A stretch of 64,000 nt of DNA from positions 192,696,001 to 192,760,000 of the forward strand of contig OZ024743.1 of assembly GCA_964016885.1 (NCBI GenBank), read 5' to 3'. The DNA is from Eledone cirrhosa (taxonomy: Eukaryota). This document shows positions 52,533-64,000 of the stretch, piece after piece. Each line of letters opens with the position of its first letter. The first letter of the stretch is position 1. A model generated the notes under the pieces. The model was not told where the DNA came from. It ran no database searches and saw only the letters and a program-made list of their open reading frames with translations. Both the position numbers and the translations under genes were made by a program.

Positions 52533-52988
52533 CAGGCATGTCAAACTGAGGGTCTTCCGAGGGCTACATGGGTCACATATGTGCTGTCTGAGGGCCACAC
52601 ACGACAACTAATTGCGCTCATTATAACGGTGGATTGGCAGTATCGGTAGAGGGTCGGCCGCCATGCTTTGACGTATAGAGTTACGGCCCTTGCGATTCTG
52701 AGTTCAAATCCCGCCGGGGTTAACTTTACCTTTCACCCTTACGGGGTCGATAAAATAAAGTACCAGTAATACACTGAGTAATTGCTGGCCTTGTGCCAAA
52801 AAGTAGAAACAATTATAACACATTTTTTTTTATTTTACATTACGAAGATAAAACATGCTCACACTGTAAAAACCTTTGTGCGGGCCGCAGGTGTGCTCGT
52901 AAAGGGCCGCAGGTGTGCTCGTAAAGGGCCGCAGGTGTGCTCGTAAAGGGCCGCATGCGGTACGTGGGCCGCTTGTTTGACATGCCTG
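52533..52988. mobile_element. hAT-type MITE containing a SINE (about 52628-52815) and a 22-bp triplication
   Basis: TIRs CAGGCATGTCAAAC / GTTTGACATGCCTG; flanks GTGTTGAG and GTGTAAAG (6/8 match); GGGCCGCAGGTGTGCTCGTAAA three times. Confidence 0.75.
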
Positions 52989-53820
52989 GTGTAAAGCGAG
53001 ATTGCCGGCTGCCAAACCAAATTTTACTGACAGAAATAACTCCAACCAAAGTTGACCTCGGTGCGATTTGAACTCAGAGCGTAAATGGCCGTAACAAAGC
53101 ATTTTGTCTAGACTCTATACCGATTCCCCCAAACAACAACAACAACAACAACAACAACGTTTTACCGTCCACGATCATCACCACAACTACCTCCATCATT
53201 ACCAACACCCTATCCCACCCTCCTCGCCGCCGCCGCCACCACTACCATCTCCAACACCACACCACCACCACCAACACCACTACCTATACCAACAACAACA
53301 GCAACAACTCCACCAACACCACTAGCACCAGTACCAACACCACCACCACCACCACCATCAACAACAACGGCAACACAAACACCACTAGCACCACCACCAA
53401 CACCACCACTAGCACCACCACCACTAGCACCACCACCACGACCAAGAAACGATGTTATAAGAGCGAGGAGGTTGCCGGCTGTCTAAACCAGATGTTAACT
53501 GACAGAAATAGCTGAAGCCAAAATCTGTTTATCACATCTCACAGACAGTTAAAGCTAGGAGTGCGGCGATGGTGATGATAGCGGCAGTGTTGGCGTTGGT
53601 AGTAGCAGTGGTGGTGGTGGTGGTGATAGTTGCCGTGGTTGGTGGCGGCGGTGTTATCTCACTTTACTTTACTACGGTCGTCCATCCGTCTTAATCAACC
53701 CACCTACATGCCTACCTGCCTACCTACCATTCACACACCACCCTCTTTTTTTTTTACTTACTAACTTACTACTACCATTAGTTGATCTAACAGAAGCAAC
53801 AGTTTATATATATAGATATA

Positions 53821-55511
53821 TTTCTTTATTAGCCACAAGGGCGCACAAGAAAAGGGGACAATACAATACAAAGACATGCCAGGGATTTTACATACAGTCG
53901 TGTAAAAAATATAAAAACAAACAATTACAACAATCGAAATCCCCAATAGGGGGGAGGCGCCACAAATGGGTTGTTTAATACCCCGTCGATAGAACAACCC
54001 TCAACTTCAGGAGCTTGTTGTGCAAGTGCGCCTTTCTTCCTTTTGCTCTCTTCTTTAACCTACAGGTTTATAAACAGAGAAGGCCAAATCACTCGGGCCA
54101 TTTTCGCTTCATTCACCCACCTTTCAGTAAATTTATTGGGGTGCAGTGCCTCTCTCTCCACCCTGATTCTCCTTCTAAAGTGATACTTAAAGAAGGGAAT
54201 CAACTGTTGTCCGGAGAGAAAGGCATCTGTCCTCAGTCCTCTTAATCTCGTCCATCATATAACTTCTTTCACCATAGCCACCGTACAGAGGAAAACCGCC
54301 TCTCTTTCGTTTTTGAAAGAGGCTGGCGGTTTGATCCTTACTATGGACTCGAAAGTCAACTGGATTTGTCCCATACGCGACAGCAGTTGTTCTGCATAGT
54401 TCCACAGGTCGGTTATGCCCGGGCAGTGTACAATTGCGTGCAGGACTGTTTCAATGTCCTGCGCGCATCTTGGAAACGTCCTCTTGGAAGGATCCCTGCC
54501 GGGGCGTCCGTGCCTGTAGATCTTGTTACGAACCGGTAGAGCTCCTCGGTAGCACTGCCAGGCCAGGGACCTCTGAAAGTTGTCCATAGGTGCCGGGCGG
54601 AAAGTCCTACCAAACAGACTGGTGAGCTCATCGTCTTCGACGCCCAGAGTCTCTCCGAGCACGTCGTCGCCCTTGTAACATACAATCCCTCTATAGAATG
54701 TCGAAGTGGAGTCTCCACTGATTGCTGCGCCCGCTTGCCAGATGACTGTGAGCGCCTGAGCGCATTCAATGTGCCAGGCGCCCATCGTTTTCGGTCTTTT
54801 CTTGACCCAGGACTGCAGCTCCGTCAGCGAGACGAGCTGTGGGAAAGCCTGTCTCACAAACGGTGCCCACACCGGTTGGGGGTCGGTGAGGAATACCTGG
54901 AGATGCCGCAGCCTCAGTGCATGTTTGCGCATCATCAGCCACGGCATTCCCAGCCCTCCGTTGGAAGGGTGCTGACAGCAAACGGATCTCCTCACCAGTG
55001 GAGCCTGCTTCTTCCACAGAAACTGGAAGAGCATGCGTTCCATCTTGGCGAGGTGTTCACGGGGACAAGGAACGACAGTCAAGCGGTAGTAGATGACGGA
55101 CGCTATGAAAGTGTTCGCCACCTCCGATCGACCTTTCAAGGACAGTTTGCACTCTGCCCACTTCTGGGTGAGTGCAAAACCTTGGCCCTGACCTCGTTCC
55201 AGTTTTTCTCCACCTGGAGGTCTGGACCGAACCAGACCCCAAGCAATTTCACCGGTCCGTCCGTCCAGCGTCCAACGACGCTGTCGGACGTCATCGGTTT
55301 GCCTCTCCACGTGCCGAGTTGCAAACCGACAGACTTGTCCGGGTTTAGTTTTGCTCCCGTCAGCGTTTCGTATTCTTTCAGTAAGTTGCCGATCACCCCG
55401 ATTTCCGAGGTGCTCGACACCATTACCGTCACGTTGTCGGCATAAGCCGACGCCGCTTTGCGCAGTCTCGGTTCTAGAGGGATGCCCTGCAACAGCTCCA
55501 ATTTCCGCAGT
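53821..55511 (-). mobile_element. Tx1-like subfamily C, 5'-truncated and frameshifted
   Basis: ORF2 homology from LRKMELLQGIP to the C-terminus; 3' end AATAAAGAAA. Flanks are TAGATATA and TAGATAGATATA. Confidence 0.9.
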
Positions 55512-55542
55512 AGATAGATATAACTTTATTATTACAAAAATT

Positions 55543-55690
55543 ACTTCTACAGAACTAGAACTGTTCCATTTGCGAATGAAACAATTCTAGTCCTGTAGAA
55601 GTCATTTCTATAATACAGTAGAATAAGATACCTATACCCTAGTAATGTATTGAGTACCTTTTTTAACGGTGGTCACCTCCCGCTGTACAT
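55543..55690 (+). mobile_element. Hammerhead-family element with fold-back palindrome (55543-55602)
   Basis: ACTTCTACAGAACTAGAACTGTTCCATT / AATGAAACAATTCTAGTCCTGTAGAAGT, then GTATTGAGTACC. Reverse-strand relative of 55873-56000 and 63816-63944. Confidence 0.72.
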
Positions 55691-55806
55691 TCCGAATTCA
55701 AGGCCCAGAGCCCATCACCCTCACCCTTTCCCCTCCCATCCTTCTGTGACCCCCCGTTTTGAAATATTTGTAGTGATTTGTGTAAATAGAAATTCTTGTA
55801 AGTAAA

Positions 55807-55872
<66 letters not shown>

Positions 55873-56000
55873 ATCCCGGATTCAATTGGGGTTAACCACA
55901 GTAAGTAAGGTACTCAATACATAACAGAGTATATACAATATTTAATATAGAAATGGCTTCTAAAGGACTAGAACTGTTTCATTCGAAGGAAATTATCAGG
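55873..56000 (-). mobile_element. Hammerhead-family element ending in (CA)n, core decayed
   Basis: CTGATAA-TTTCCTTCGAAT-GAAA-CAG.. at 55955-55999; homologous to 63816-63944; abuts (GT)n at 55808-55871. Confidence 0.72.
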
Positions 56001-57122
56001 GTGAGAACTGGCTGGAAGAAATTAGGGAGCTAGTAGCTCTGCTGACAAGAAGGGCTTTTCCCTCAGAGCGCATGGTAGACTGTATAATACCTGTCTGCTA
56101 ACAGCAATGCTACATTGCTGAAGACCTGCGAAGGCGAGAGTGAAATGAAGCGAGTATGCTCTGGCGGGTGTGTAATTCGCATGGACGGAGTAGCATTAGT
56201 AAGCTGAAAGAAAAATTCTGTATAAGAGGAATCCGATGTAGTGTGTGTCCAACACTTGGTGTGGATATGTGATGTATATGTAAGATGACAGCTGTATAAA
56301 GATGTGTAGAGAAATTTCTGTAGATGGAACACACGGAAGAAGTATACCTAGGAAATGGTGGGGTGATGTAGTGAAGATCGACTTGAGGAAGCTGAACTTT
56401 GTGATAGAATTGATAAAGTATCGCGAGAATTCACAAGATGTAGTACTGGAGAAGACTTGCCTAACGATACAAAGGATGTGAACTGACCAATTCATGCATC
56501 CCAACAGAACTATCACTCCTTAGTAGCTATTCTTACCATCATTGTACATCCTTACACCATTAAATCCTAGCATCCACACTCTAGCTAAGACCACCCAACC
56601 ACTGTTAAATCCTAATACACCAGTCATAACACCCTAATTTACATCATCACAGTACTCCCCCACACTTTCTGAGGTCACTCCTTCCCTCCCACACATCACC
56701 CTGTCCACACTTTCTCACCTCTCCTACCTGCATACACCCAATACATCATAATTATCATCCTGCTTACCTCCCTCGTAGAGTAGAGAGGGCTCGTCAGGTG
56801 AGTCAATGACTGAAAGGATATCTCGTGTTGGTATCACGAAAATACACCCAGTACACCCTGTAAGTTTGTTGATAGGACGGGCATCAAGCTGTAGAAATTA
56901 TACCAAAAATGATCAACAGGACTCTTCCATTATGTCAACATTTAGTGACACAATAAATGCACCCAGTACAATCTGACATCCAGCCATAGAATACTTGCTA
57001 AACAAAGGATCAGGAGGACTCTTCAGGCGTGACAAAGGTACGAGATCTCCCTAGTGGTGCACCGATTAAATACTGACAAACTGCCTCACTCTTGTTCACA
57101 GGGGGGGGGGGAATGATTACGC

Positions 57123-57191
<69 letters not shown>

Positions 57192-58152
57192 AGTTTGCGT
57201 GCGCGCGCGCCCGAATATGGCGAGTAGGAAAATAGAATATCCTTGTAATTTAATGACTGAAATTCCCATTTAGAACTGTTCAGATAATGAGAATGCAGCA
57301 GGGGAGAGAACTCTTATAGCTTGATTTGATGCAAACTTTTTGGAACAAATTAAGACAATGCAGTGGAAGGAAACTTTATCTACAAGCCAATTTGGTGAAG
57401 CAACGGACATGATTTAATGTTATTAGATCTCCTCCACGAAATCTTTGATAATTGGTTTGCTCAGTCAGTGACGACCAGAGTCAAAACAGGGTATGATTCA
57501 GAGTAACAGAAATAAGTGTTGGCCACCGAGGCGCAGACCAATGTCTATATATGGTCTGGTTTAAATTTATATGAACTAAACGAAGCCACACAAAATAGGA
57601 AAATTTGGAAGTAACTATATCATGTTAGTGTGCAATCTGCAGCAGGCAGAGACTGCGAATGCTGATGAGATCGTATATAAATGATCGGGAACTTTTATAG
57701 AATAAGAAAAAAAAAAGATAGCTAAAATCATGACGTAAGTATACTTTGGTTTATAATAAATTATGGAGTTCCAATAGTCTATTTTTAAAAACTAAAAATG
57801 GCTTTTCAGATTGAAAAGAGTCACAAGAGTTTCTGCAAGTAGCGCTGCTGACTAAACCTGAGTATAGCAAAAAATACTATTAAAATTCCACCTTTAAAGG
57901 ACTGTATTTTTATTATTTCTAATTTCTAAAAAATAAGAAAAAGCGCTTGTCATTTTAGTAATCAGCCATGTAGAAGTACATCTGTATAGAAAAGCACAAT
58001 AAAATTCAACTATATATATCGAATGGAAAAGATCGGTGCAAATCAGCGAAGTGAGAGTTCTACGCGGTCATTCAACTTGTTAGAAATAGCAGCTAAACTT
58101 CCCTCGAAAAACAACACCATGGTGATCGTAAAGGATTATTTAGTTCTAGATA

Positions 58153-58405
58153 TGTGGGTATGGTGTGGTGTGCGGTGCCGGAAGCTGGGAGTGCTCGACC
58201 GGAAGAGTGCTTGACCGGAAGGGTGCTCGACTGTAAGAGCCAGCAGGTCTGCCTCTCTCTAGGGTGGTCAGCGAACGTGGTGGACGTCAGTTTTGGAGCT
58301 CCCGGTTAACGAGTTGGATTGTACGCACGTGGGAGAGGAGAAACCAACCATTGGATTAACGGTGCCAGCGAAAGCGGTAAGTGAAGTAGCTTTTTTTTAA
58401 CCACA
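58153..58405 (+). repeat. 5' LTR (253 bp)
   Basis: TGTGGG..CCACA with three 17-bp GTGCT(C/T)GACCGGAAG units; roughly 95% identical to the 3' LTR by eye. Confidence 0.95.
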
Positions 58406-58534
58406 AGCTATTTCGGCACTGGAAACTGAGATCTGATTGATCAAAAAAAAAAAAAGAACTTTCTCGAAAACAACTGGAAAAACAGAGAGGAGTCTGTTGT
58501 TTTTTGTTACTTACCGTAGGACAAAATTAGGATA

Positions 58535-58544
58535 TGGCGACGAG
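58535..58544 (+). promoter_or_regulatory. Probable primer-binding site
   Basis: TGGCGACGAG, complementary to the 3' end of tRNA-Ser(GCU) as I recall it; lies just upstream of the gag ATG. Confidence 0.6.
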
Positions 58545-58551
58545 ATTACGA

Positions 58552-59289
58552 ATGAGCGGAGAAGCGATTAGAGCATTTACCGGTGAAGGCGATGTTGTCG
58601 CTTGACTGCGAAAAGTCCGGCTGGTCGCAAGCTTACACAAGATAGAAGATGTGACTGGCCTCATGGCACTGTACCTCGAGGGGGATGCGTTGGCACTCTT
58701 CCTAGAGATGGATAAACACAGCCAAATGGATGCGCAAAAGATTGAGAGGCGTATGATGGAAGCGTTCGCGGAAGGACCGTTAGCCGCTTTTGTTTAGCTG
58801 GCAAGGATTAGATGGAACGGTGAACGCGTTGACATTTTCGCAGTGGAAATACGGCGATTGGCCATGTTGGCCGGATATCAGGTGGAATGCGAACGCACGG
58901 TGCGGTTGGCGTTCATAAATGGATTTCCAGACGACAGACTGCAGCAAGTCTCGGGTTACAAGGAAATGCAGATGCGTGCACTGGTGGAGCAAGCCCGCAT
59001 CATAGCAGAAGATGCCAAGAAGAGTGTCGCGGCGATAGCAATGACAGAGGCCCACGGCAGCCGGCAGCGAAATGGTGAAAGGGAGGCAACCACGGCACGC
59101 GGTCGCCCGCGAACGATTAGAGGTTGCTGTTTTAGGTGCCAGGGCCCGCACATGACGAGAGACTGTAGAGAGTCAAGGCCGGACAAAATATACTACCGGT
59201 GTAAGCGACCAGGCCACATCGCTACTAGCGGCGACCAGGGAAACGATCCAAGGGGAACTACTGCGCCGGTAGCTGCCCCTTACGAGTAG
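58552..59289 (+). pseudogene. gag with in-frame stops
   Basis: MSGEAIRAFTGEGDVVA* start; knuckles CFRCQGPHMTRDC and a degenerate YRCKRPGHIA. Confidence 0.8.
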
Positions 59290-62064
59290 AGGCGCTGCTC
59301 GTGGTGAAAGTTTTCGTGAGGGGAAAGCCACAGCGAGCCCTCGTGGACACGGGCTGTACTACGACACTGGTGACCGCGGGGGTGGCGCAGAGGTGGAGAG
59401 GGAAGAGCAGCGTAAGGGCAGTCGACGGTAGGAAAATTGAATGCCGAGGTCGCAGCGAGGTGGAGATGGCGGTACGGGGAAAGAAAATAAGGCTTTCTGC
59501 ATCGTAGTCGACAACGTGGTGGATGGGATCGGCGTAGTTATGGGCATTGGCCGTCTAGGAGGCTTCACAGTGAACAACGTCACTGTGTCGTTTGGCGGCG
59601 CCGCATCGGTATGCGCTGTGAGTACGCGACAGGAGAATCAGAAGGCCCGCGAGGAGAAATATCCCGCTTACACTGTACAGGAGAAAGACTTCAAGGAGGT
59701 GTTCGATGGGCAACGATGGGTTGTTGAGTGGTACTGGAAGGGAGAACCACCAACACTGGAGACCAAAGTGAGCTGCTATCAACACACATTGAAGGGAGAC
59801 ATTAGGAGCGAGTTCGAGCGAGAGGTAGAGAGATGGATTGAGGAGGGCATACTGCTTCCCTGGAAAGAGGATGTGAAGTGCGGAGTATTGCCGTTAATGG
59901 CGGTGGCGCAACCAACGAAGAATAAAGTGAGGCCGGTACTGGACTTTCGGGAGCTGAACGAGCACGTGTCATGCCACACGGGTGGCGAGGTCACGGATGT
60001 CTGTGGAGAAACCCTGCGTGAGTGGAGACGCGTGACGGGGGCTTCCGCAATCGTCGATCTAAAGTCGGCATACTTACAATTACACATAGATGAGAAGCTC
60101 TGGCAGTATCAGCTGGTCAGGTATAAGGGCCGGACATATTGCCTGACCAGGCTCGGTTTCGGGCTGAGCTCTGCACCGAAGATCATGGCGGTCCTCAAGA
60201 CCATTCTGGGAAAGGCCGACAAGATGAAGAGGACCACTAATTCCTACATTGACGACATCCTAGTGGACGAGTCTGTAGTGTCGGCGGCGGAGGTCACGAA
60301 CCATTTACAGGGGTATGGACTGGCTGCGAAGCCGTCAGAAGCGTTGGAGGGGGGAGCCGCGCTGGGACTTAGGCTACAGCGAGACAGGACGGGTGTGTTA
60401 GTATTCGAGAGGGGAAATGAAGTTCCAGAACTGGGCCCAAGTATGAGTAGGCGGGAGCTTTTCTCGGCGTGTGGAAAGTTGGTGGGTCACTACCCGATTG
60501 CTGGGTGGCTCCGGACGGCATGCAGCTATGTCAAGAGACGAGCGGGCGGGGTGACTTGGAGTGACAGAGTGGGAGAGAGGACGGTGGCAGTAGATCGTGG
60601 AGAGGGTGAAAGCCGACGACCCATTGCGGGGACGCTGGTATGTTCCCAAATCGCAGAGCGGGACCGTATGGTGCGATGCCAGCAGCATAGCGCTAGGTGT
60701 CACGTTGGAGATAGGAGATGTTGAGGTCGAGGATGCAGCCTGGCTTAGGAAGAAAGACGACTGCAACCACATCAATGTGGCCGAAATGGACGCGGTGTTG
60801 AGAGGGGTGAACCTCGCCCTGAGGTGGGGACTGCGCACCATCGAAATTCGCACCGACTCGGCTACTGTACTCGGATGGGTGAGATCAGTGCTCACCAGTG
60901 AGAAGAGAGTGCGAACGAGAGGGGCAGCGGAGATGCTGATAAAGCGCCGCCTGGGAACTTTAGGAGAGCTGGCTATCGAATTCGACCTGAGGCTGAGCGT
61001 AGTTTTCGTGCCCTCAGAGAAAAATAGGGCGGACGTTTTAACCAGGGTGAAGAAAGCCTGGATGGAAGCGCCGGAAGATGTAGAAGAGAAGATAGCTGCC
61101 GTGTGTCGGCTGACCGAGTCGGATCTGAAAAGGTTGCATGACATGCACCACATGGGAGTGGATAGGACTCTGTTCCTAGCCAGTTGAATCGACTCGGACG
61201 TTAACAGACACAGTGCTCAAAGAGTGGTTAGAAGCTGCGTCCGATGTCAGTCCATTGATCCCGCTCCGGGTGTGCACGAAACGGGAAGCCTCCCGGTGGA
61301 TCGCGATTGGCGGTGGATATAACACACTACCGACAAGGAACATACCTCTCAATGGTCGACTGTGGACCGGGACGGATGGCGATATGGAGGGAGATGAAGA
61401 CTGAAACGTCCGAGGAAATCACGCGGACGTTGAGAAAGGTGTTCTTGGAGCGGGGCCCTGTGGACGAACTGCTGATGGACAACAGCGCAGCGTTCCGCTC
61501 GGAGGCGCTGAGGGAGATGCTCGATGGATGGAAGGTGGACCGTTTCTTCAGAGCAGCGTACAGGCCGAGCGGAAATGGAATCGTGGAGCGAGACCACAGG
61601 ACGATCAAAGCAATGGCGGAGCGGGGCCACATCTCACCAATGGAGGCAGTGTTCTGGTACAACATGTCTCCTCAGGTGGGACAGGTTGAGGAATCGGTGC
61701 CACACAGAGAAGTATTCAGATACGAGTGGTGGCACCCGTGCACGCCACACAACGGCCAGTGGAGAGAGAGAATGCATTCGTGCAGGTGGGCGAAGAAGTC
61801 TGGGTTAAGCCCCCAGATGCACGTTGCACATCTCAATGGGGAAGGGGAACGGTGACGGCCGTAAATTCCCAGAACAATGTGTCCATGGACGGAGTACCAC
61901 ATCATGTCCTGGATGTCTGTAGAATCACTGTGTCAACGGACTCCGAGGAAGAGGAAACCCAAAGTGCCGCCCCAACACTGCGGAGATCGCAAAGAAGTCG
62001 CAAACCACCAACCTGGACAGCAGACTTTCATATGCAGCAGGACGAGGGGGAAATAGATCCTTGA
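59290..62064 (+). pseudogene. pol (protease, RT, RNase H, integrase), frameshifted
   Basis: ALVDTGC; RPVLDFRELN, DLKSAYLQ, LGFGL, YIDD; WCDAS, HINVAE, TDS; HDMHHMG, AVDIT, DNSAAF, SGNGIVER. Confidence 0.92.
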
Positions 62065-62077
62065 GATCAGGGGTGTG

Positions 62078-62331
62078 TGTGGGTATGGTGTGGTGTGCGG
62101 TGGCCGGAGGCTGGGGAGTGCTCGACCGGAAGAGTGCTTGACCGGAAGGGTGCTCGACCGGAAGGGCCAGCAGGTCTGCCTCTCTCTAGGGTGGTCAGCG
62201 AACGTGGTGGACGTCAGTTTTGGAGCTCCCGGTTAACGAGTTGGATTGTACGCACGTGGGAGAGGAGAAACCAGCCATTGGATTAGCGGTGCCAGCAAAA
62301 GCGGTAAGTGAAGTAGCTTTTTCTAACCACA
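62078..62331 (+). repeat. 3' LTR (254 bp)
   Basis: Direct repeat of 58153-58405, preceded by purine-rich GAGATCAGGGG. Confidence 0.95.
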
Positions 62332-62441
62332 AGATATACACTGTGTCTGAACAAAAGAACGCCTGTTTCCAATCAGGGTTGATCTAGGATACCACCACCA
62401 CAACGACGATATTACCACTACACGAACAATAACAATCTTAA

Positions 62442-62893
62442 CCCTTTTGTTATTATATTTCTAACAGTGCTTATGGTTTTTAAATCCTTTTGAAAATAAT
62501 GAAGAATTTGAGGGATTTAGCTATATATCTAACCTTTCCATTATTAAGTTGGTGTTTGTAGCATAACTTAACAAAAGTTTTTACATAGAATTATGATAGG
62601 CTTTTAAATATGAGGGTCGGCTGAAAAGTTCATAGGCTGACTATGAAGTAGTGATGCTAGAACTGTAAAATCCTGATTGCATTAATTCCAACTCTTCTTA
62701 TTAATAACTGTATTATTTCTTTCCAGAGACTATGATGGAAAATAAACCTCATTTGGTCATTCCATGCGAGTATCTTGGTCAGTGTATGAACTTTTCAGTC
62801 GACCCTCGTAGATATAAACATTTTGAAACAAACAGTTTTGTATAGTAGAACCAAGGGCGGTTTCAGGAAAATGTTTGGAATGAATCAAAAGGG
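62442..62893. mobile_element. TTAA-flanked piggyBac-type MITE hosting a mariner MITE
   Basis: TTAA-CCCTTTTG..CAAAAGGG-TTAA. Confidence 0.7.
62611..62808. mobile_element. Tc1/mariner-type MITE (198 bp)
   Basis: About 30-bp TIRs TGAGGGTCGGCTGAAAAGTTCATA / TATGAACTTTTCAGTCGACCCTCG, flanked by TA. Confidence 0.88.
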
Positions 62894-63255
62894 TTAAAGT
62901 TAAATCAGACAGAGAAGGATTTTTTTTTTAATAGTGCATTCCAAACAAACTACCTACATAGCAGAATATTCCTTAACACGAAAAAACGATCAGAAATTCT
63001 ATAAACAGTTCTATAAATAGTAGCTGACGATGAATTTGGTGATGAGTAGCTTCGGCCAGCTTACATTCCACAGGATGGAAGCGTTAAATATAAACAAATG
63101 ACGTGAAGTAAACTTCGAGAGAGAAGGTGGGGAAATGCTACCAGACTACCAGGAATCAGTGACGTAGCTAGAGTGTGTGCCACCCGGGGCAGCCCTTCAG
63201 TTTGCCGCCCCTGGGCGCCTACAGAAAATACATATTGCTTTTAATATACGTGTAA

Positions 63256-63303
<48 letters not shown>

Positions 63304-63760
63304 TCCTGCTATATCAAGCGTTAACCTAATATATCCCTTCCATATACTGTACCGATTGTGTTGTTATTTCTGTTTCCCTTTTACATATGCTTAGCAGACA
63401 CGATTTTTAACTGCGGTAAGAACTTTTTCTTATATCAAAGTTTAATGGGCTTCCACTGAAGATTTATAAGTGCCCACCTAAATATATTCTTACATGAATA
63501 TATGTTAGGCTTCTACATAAACTGGAAACATTCTCCCAATTTGTAGAAAACTTATAATGAAACAATTGTTTGGAAAGAGAGATATATTTTAACTTTAATT
63601 ATATCTCATAAAATAATACAACTGGCTTTCCACAAAATACATATAGTTAGCACCCCAAACACTTAAATTGGGTTATACTAACATATAACCTAATGTTTGT
63701 TGAGTGAGATGGTTACCAGTCGGAGTTTAGCGTTAAGCTATCTCTGTTATTGTATTAAAT

Positions 63761-63791
<31 letters not shown>

Positions 63792-63892
63792 ATATATGTG
63801 TGTGTGTGTGTGTGTCCCGGGTTCAATCGGGAGTAACCATAGTAAGTAAGGTACTCAATACATAGCAGAGTATACATATTTAATATGGAAAT

Positions 63893-63944
63893 GGCTTCTA
63901 CAGGACTAGAACTGTTTCATTCGAAGGAAATCATCAGGAAAGCC
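63893..63944 (-). ncRNA. Type-I hammerhead ribozyme motif
   Basis: GGCTTTC-CTGATGA-T-TTC-CTTC-GAA-T-GAAA-CAG-TTCTAGTC-CTG-TA-GAAGCC. All three stems can form; GUA cleavage triplet. The element runs into (CA)n at about 63815. Confidence 0.82.
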
Positions 63945-64000
63945 GACTGCTAATGTGTAAATACCACCATCACACATTGACAGTCTGCTTTCCTGATTTC

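Larger units (their letters stand above)
58153..62331 (+). mobile_element. Full-length but decayed Ty3/gypsy LTR retrotransposon
   Basis: Two LTRs with TG..CA ends, 5-bp TSD AGATA (58148-58152, 62332-62336), and domain order gag-PR-RT-RH-INT. Confidence 0.95.

Noticed and set aside
56770-56800. Minus-strand CTGACGA-GCCCTC..GAGGG
   Set aside because: No GAAA or cleavage site follows.
57662-57692. CTGATGA-GATCGT..ATGATC-GGGAAC
   Set aside because: Good stem II, but GAAA is replaced and stems I and III are absent; at most a relic.

Overview
AT-rich, microsatellite-dense animal genomic DNA. The SINE repertoire resembles that of octopus/coleoid cephalopods (inferred from memory, not verified). 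Only one host coding feature is supported: a 1228-nt Pro/Ser/Tyr-rich internal exon on the minus strand (49998-51225). The rest is repeats: a full-length, two-ORF Tx1-like LINE (23084-28900, -) and six or more related copies, all ending at (GATA/TATC)n; two 5'-truncated Neptune-type Penelope-like elements (PLEs) at (TA)n; a decayed full-length Ty3/gypsy LTR element with a 5-bp TSD (58153-62331); hAT, piggyBac-type and mariner MITEs; RTE fragments; SINEs; and minisatellites. The most interesting signal is non-coding. Five recognisable and several decayed minimal type-I hammerhead ribozyme (HHR) motifs sit in short elements next to dinucleotide microsatellites. One lies in a 482-bp-period retrozyme/pLTR-like unit. 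Two long palindromes are inverted duplications of the 3' half of a hammerhead, centred on stem II, which suggests fold-back self-priming. The second main signal is the apparent (GATA)n target specificity of the Tx1-like family. All structures were read by eye; nothing was folded, aligned or searched computationally.
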